DNA of 64,000 nucleotides from an uncultured bacterium. Lineage in GTDB: Bacteria; Actinomycetota; Actinomycetes; S36-B12. Under the pieces are notes generated by a model, which searched no databases, was not told the DNA's origin, and saw nothing but the letters and a program-made list of their open reading frames with translations. The DNA lies in NCBI GenBank assembly GCA_903909555.1, contig CAIVWG010000051.1:720-64719 (forward strand). The letters are read 5' to 3'. Numbering within the stretch: position 1 is the stretch's first letter; every line of letters starts with the position of its first letter. Below, piece after piece: positions 63,830-64,000 of this stretch. Position numbers and translations under genes: made by a program.

Positions 63830-64000
63830 TGGTAGGCCTGCCGATACTTGCGGACCAGTCGGATGCTGATCATGTTCATGACGAAGGTGATGATGAAGAG
63901 CAGGAGGCCCACCGCGAAGATCGACTTGTACTCGATGCTGCCCGTGGGGACGTCTCCGGACCCTGCGGCAGCGATGTAGGACGTCATGGTCTGCATGCCC
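63826..64000 (-). CDS. pstC: phosphate ABC transporter permease PstC (C-terminal fragment; 5' part outside window)
   Basis: Hand translation of the minus strand ends ...[27 protein letters not shown]. The stop overlaps the pstA ATG (ATGA). Confidence 0.8.
   Translation of the reverse strand, partial: GMQTMTSYIAAAGSGDVPTGSIEYKSIFAVGLLLFIITFVMNMISIRLVRKYRQAYQ

Overview
This is a dense, GC-rich segment (G/C at almost every third codon position) that looks like actinobacterial core chromosome. I call 66 protein-coding genes, two of them cut by the window edges. Spacers are very short and many junctions are 1-8 nt stop/start overlaps (ATGA, GTGA, TTGA). The many long ORFs lying antisense to these genes are GC-driven shadow ORFs.

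Left third: LmbE-type deacetylase, secreted VanY-like peptidase, pcrA, lipase-like hydrolase, the B12-binding small subunit of a split methylmalonyl-CoA mutase, sucCD, PerM-like and RDD membrane proteins, purNH, folD, mdh, icd, xth, trpS.

Middle: dacB, sdhCDAB (minus strand) and the mutase catalytic subunit. These are followed by a roughly 9-kb methionine / S-adenosylmethionine by-product salvage locus: mtnA, aldolase-SDR fusion, mtnC, mtnB, mtnD, mtnP, MTA/SAH-type deaminase, DUF985 cupin, SDR.

Right third: BMP-family (nucleoside-type) ABC transporter, matrixin protease, add, and a six-gene punA-GNAT-deoC-ALDH-short ALDH-GNAT chain. Then come an LpdA-like flavoprotein, ALDH + FAD oxidoreductase, sulfatase, two EamA paralogues, glgA/glgC, SDR, an SRPBCC + HMA pair, and pstCAB.

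I recognised no rRNA, tRNA, CRISPR array, transposase, integrase, phage or toxin-antitoxin genes, so this is not an obvious accessory island.

The best candidate for undescribed biology is the salvage locus:
- mtnA is translationally coupled to a class II aldolase-SDR fusion, a possible fused DHAP-shunt-like branch.
- mtnP is coupled to a deaminase, cupin and SDR of unknown role.
- The locus also carries unusual 3'-end tandem duplications whose coding differences are all synonymous.

All functions come from motifs and family resemblance read by eye. No database search or structure prediction was run, and start codons are inferred.
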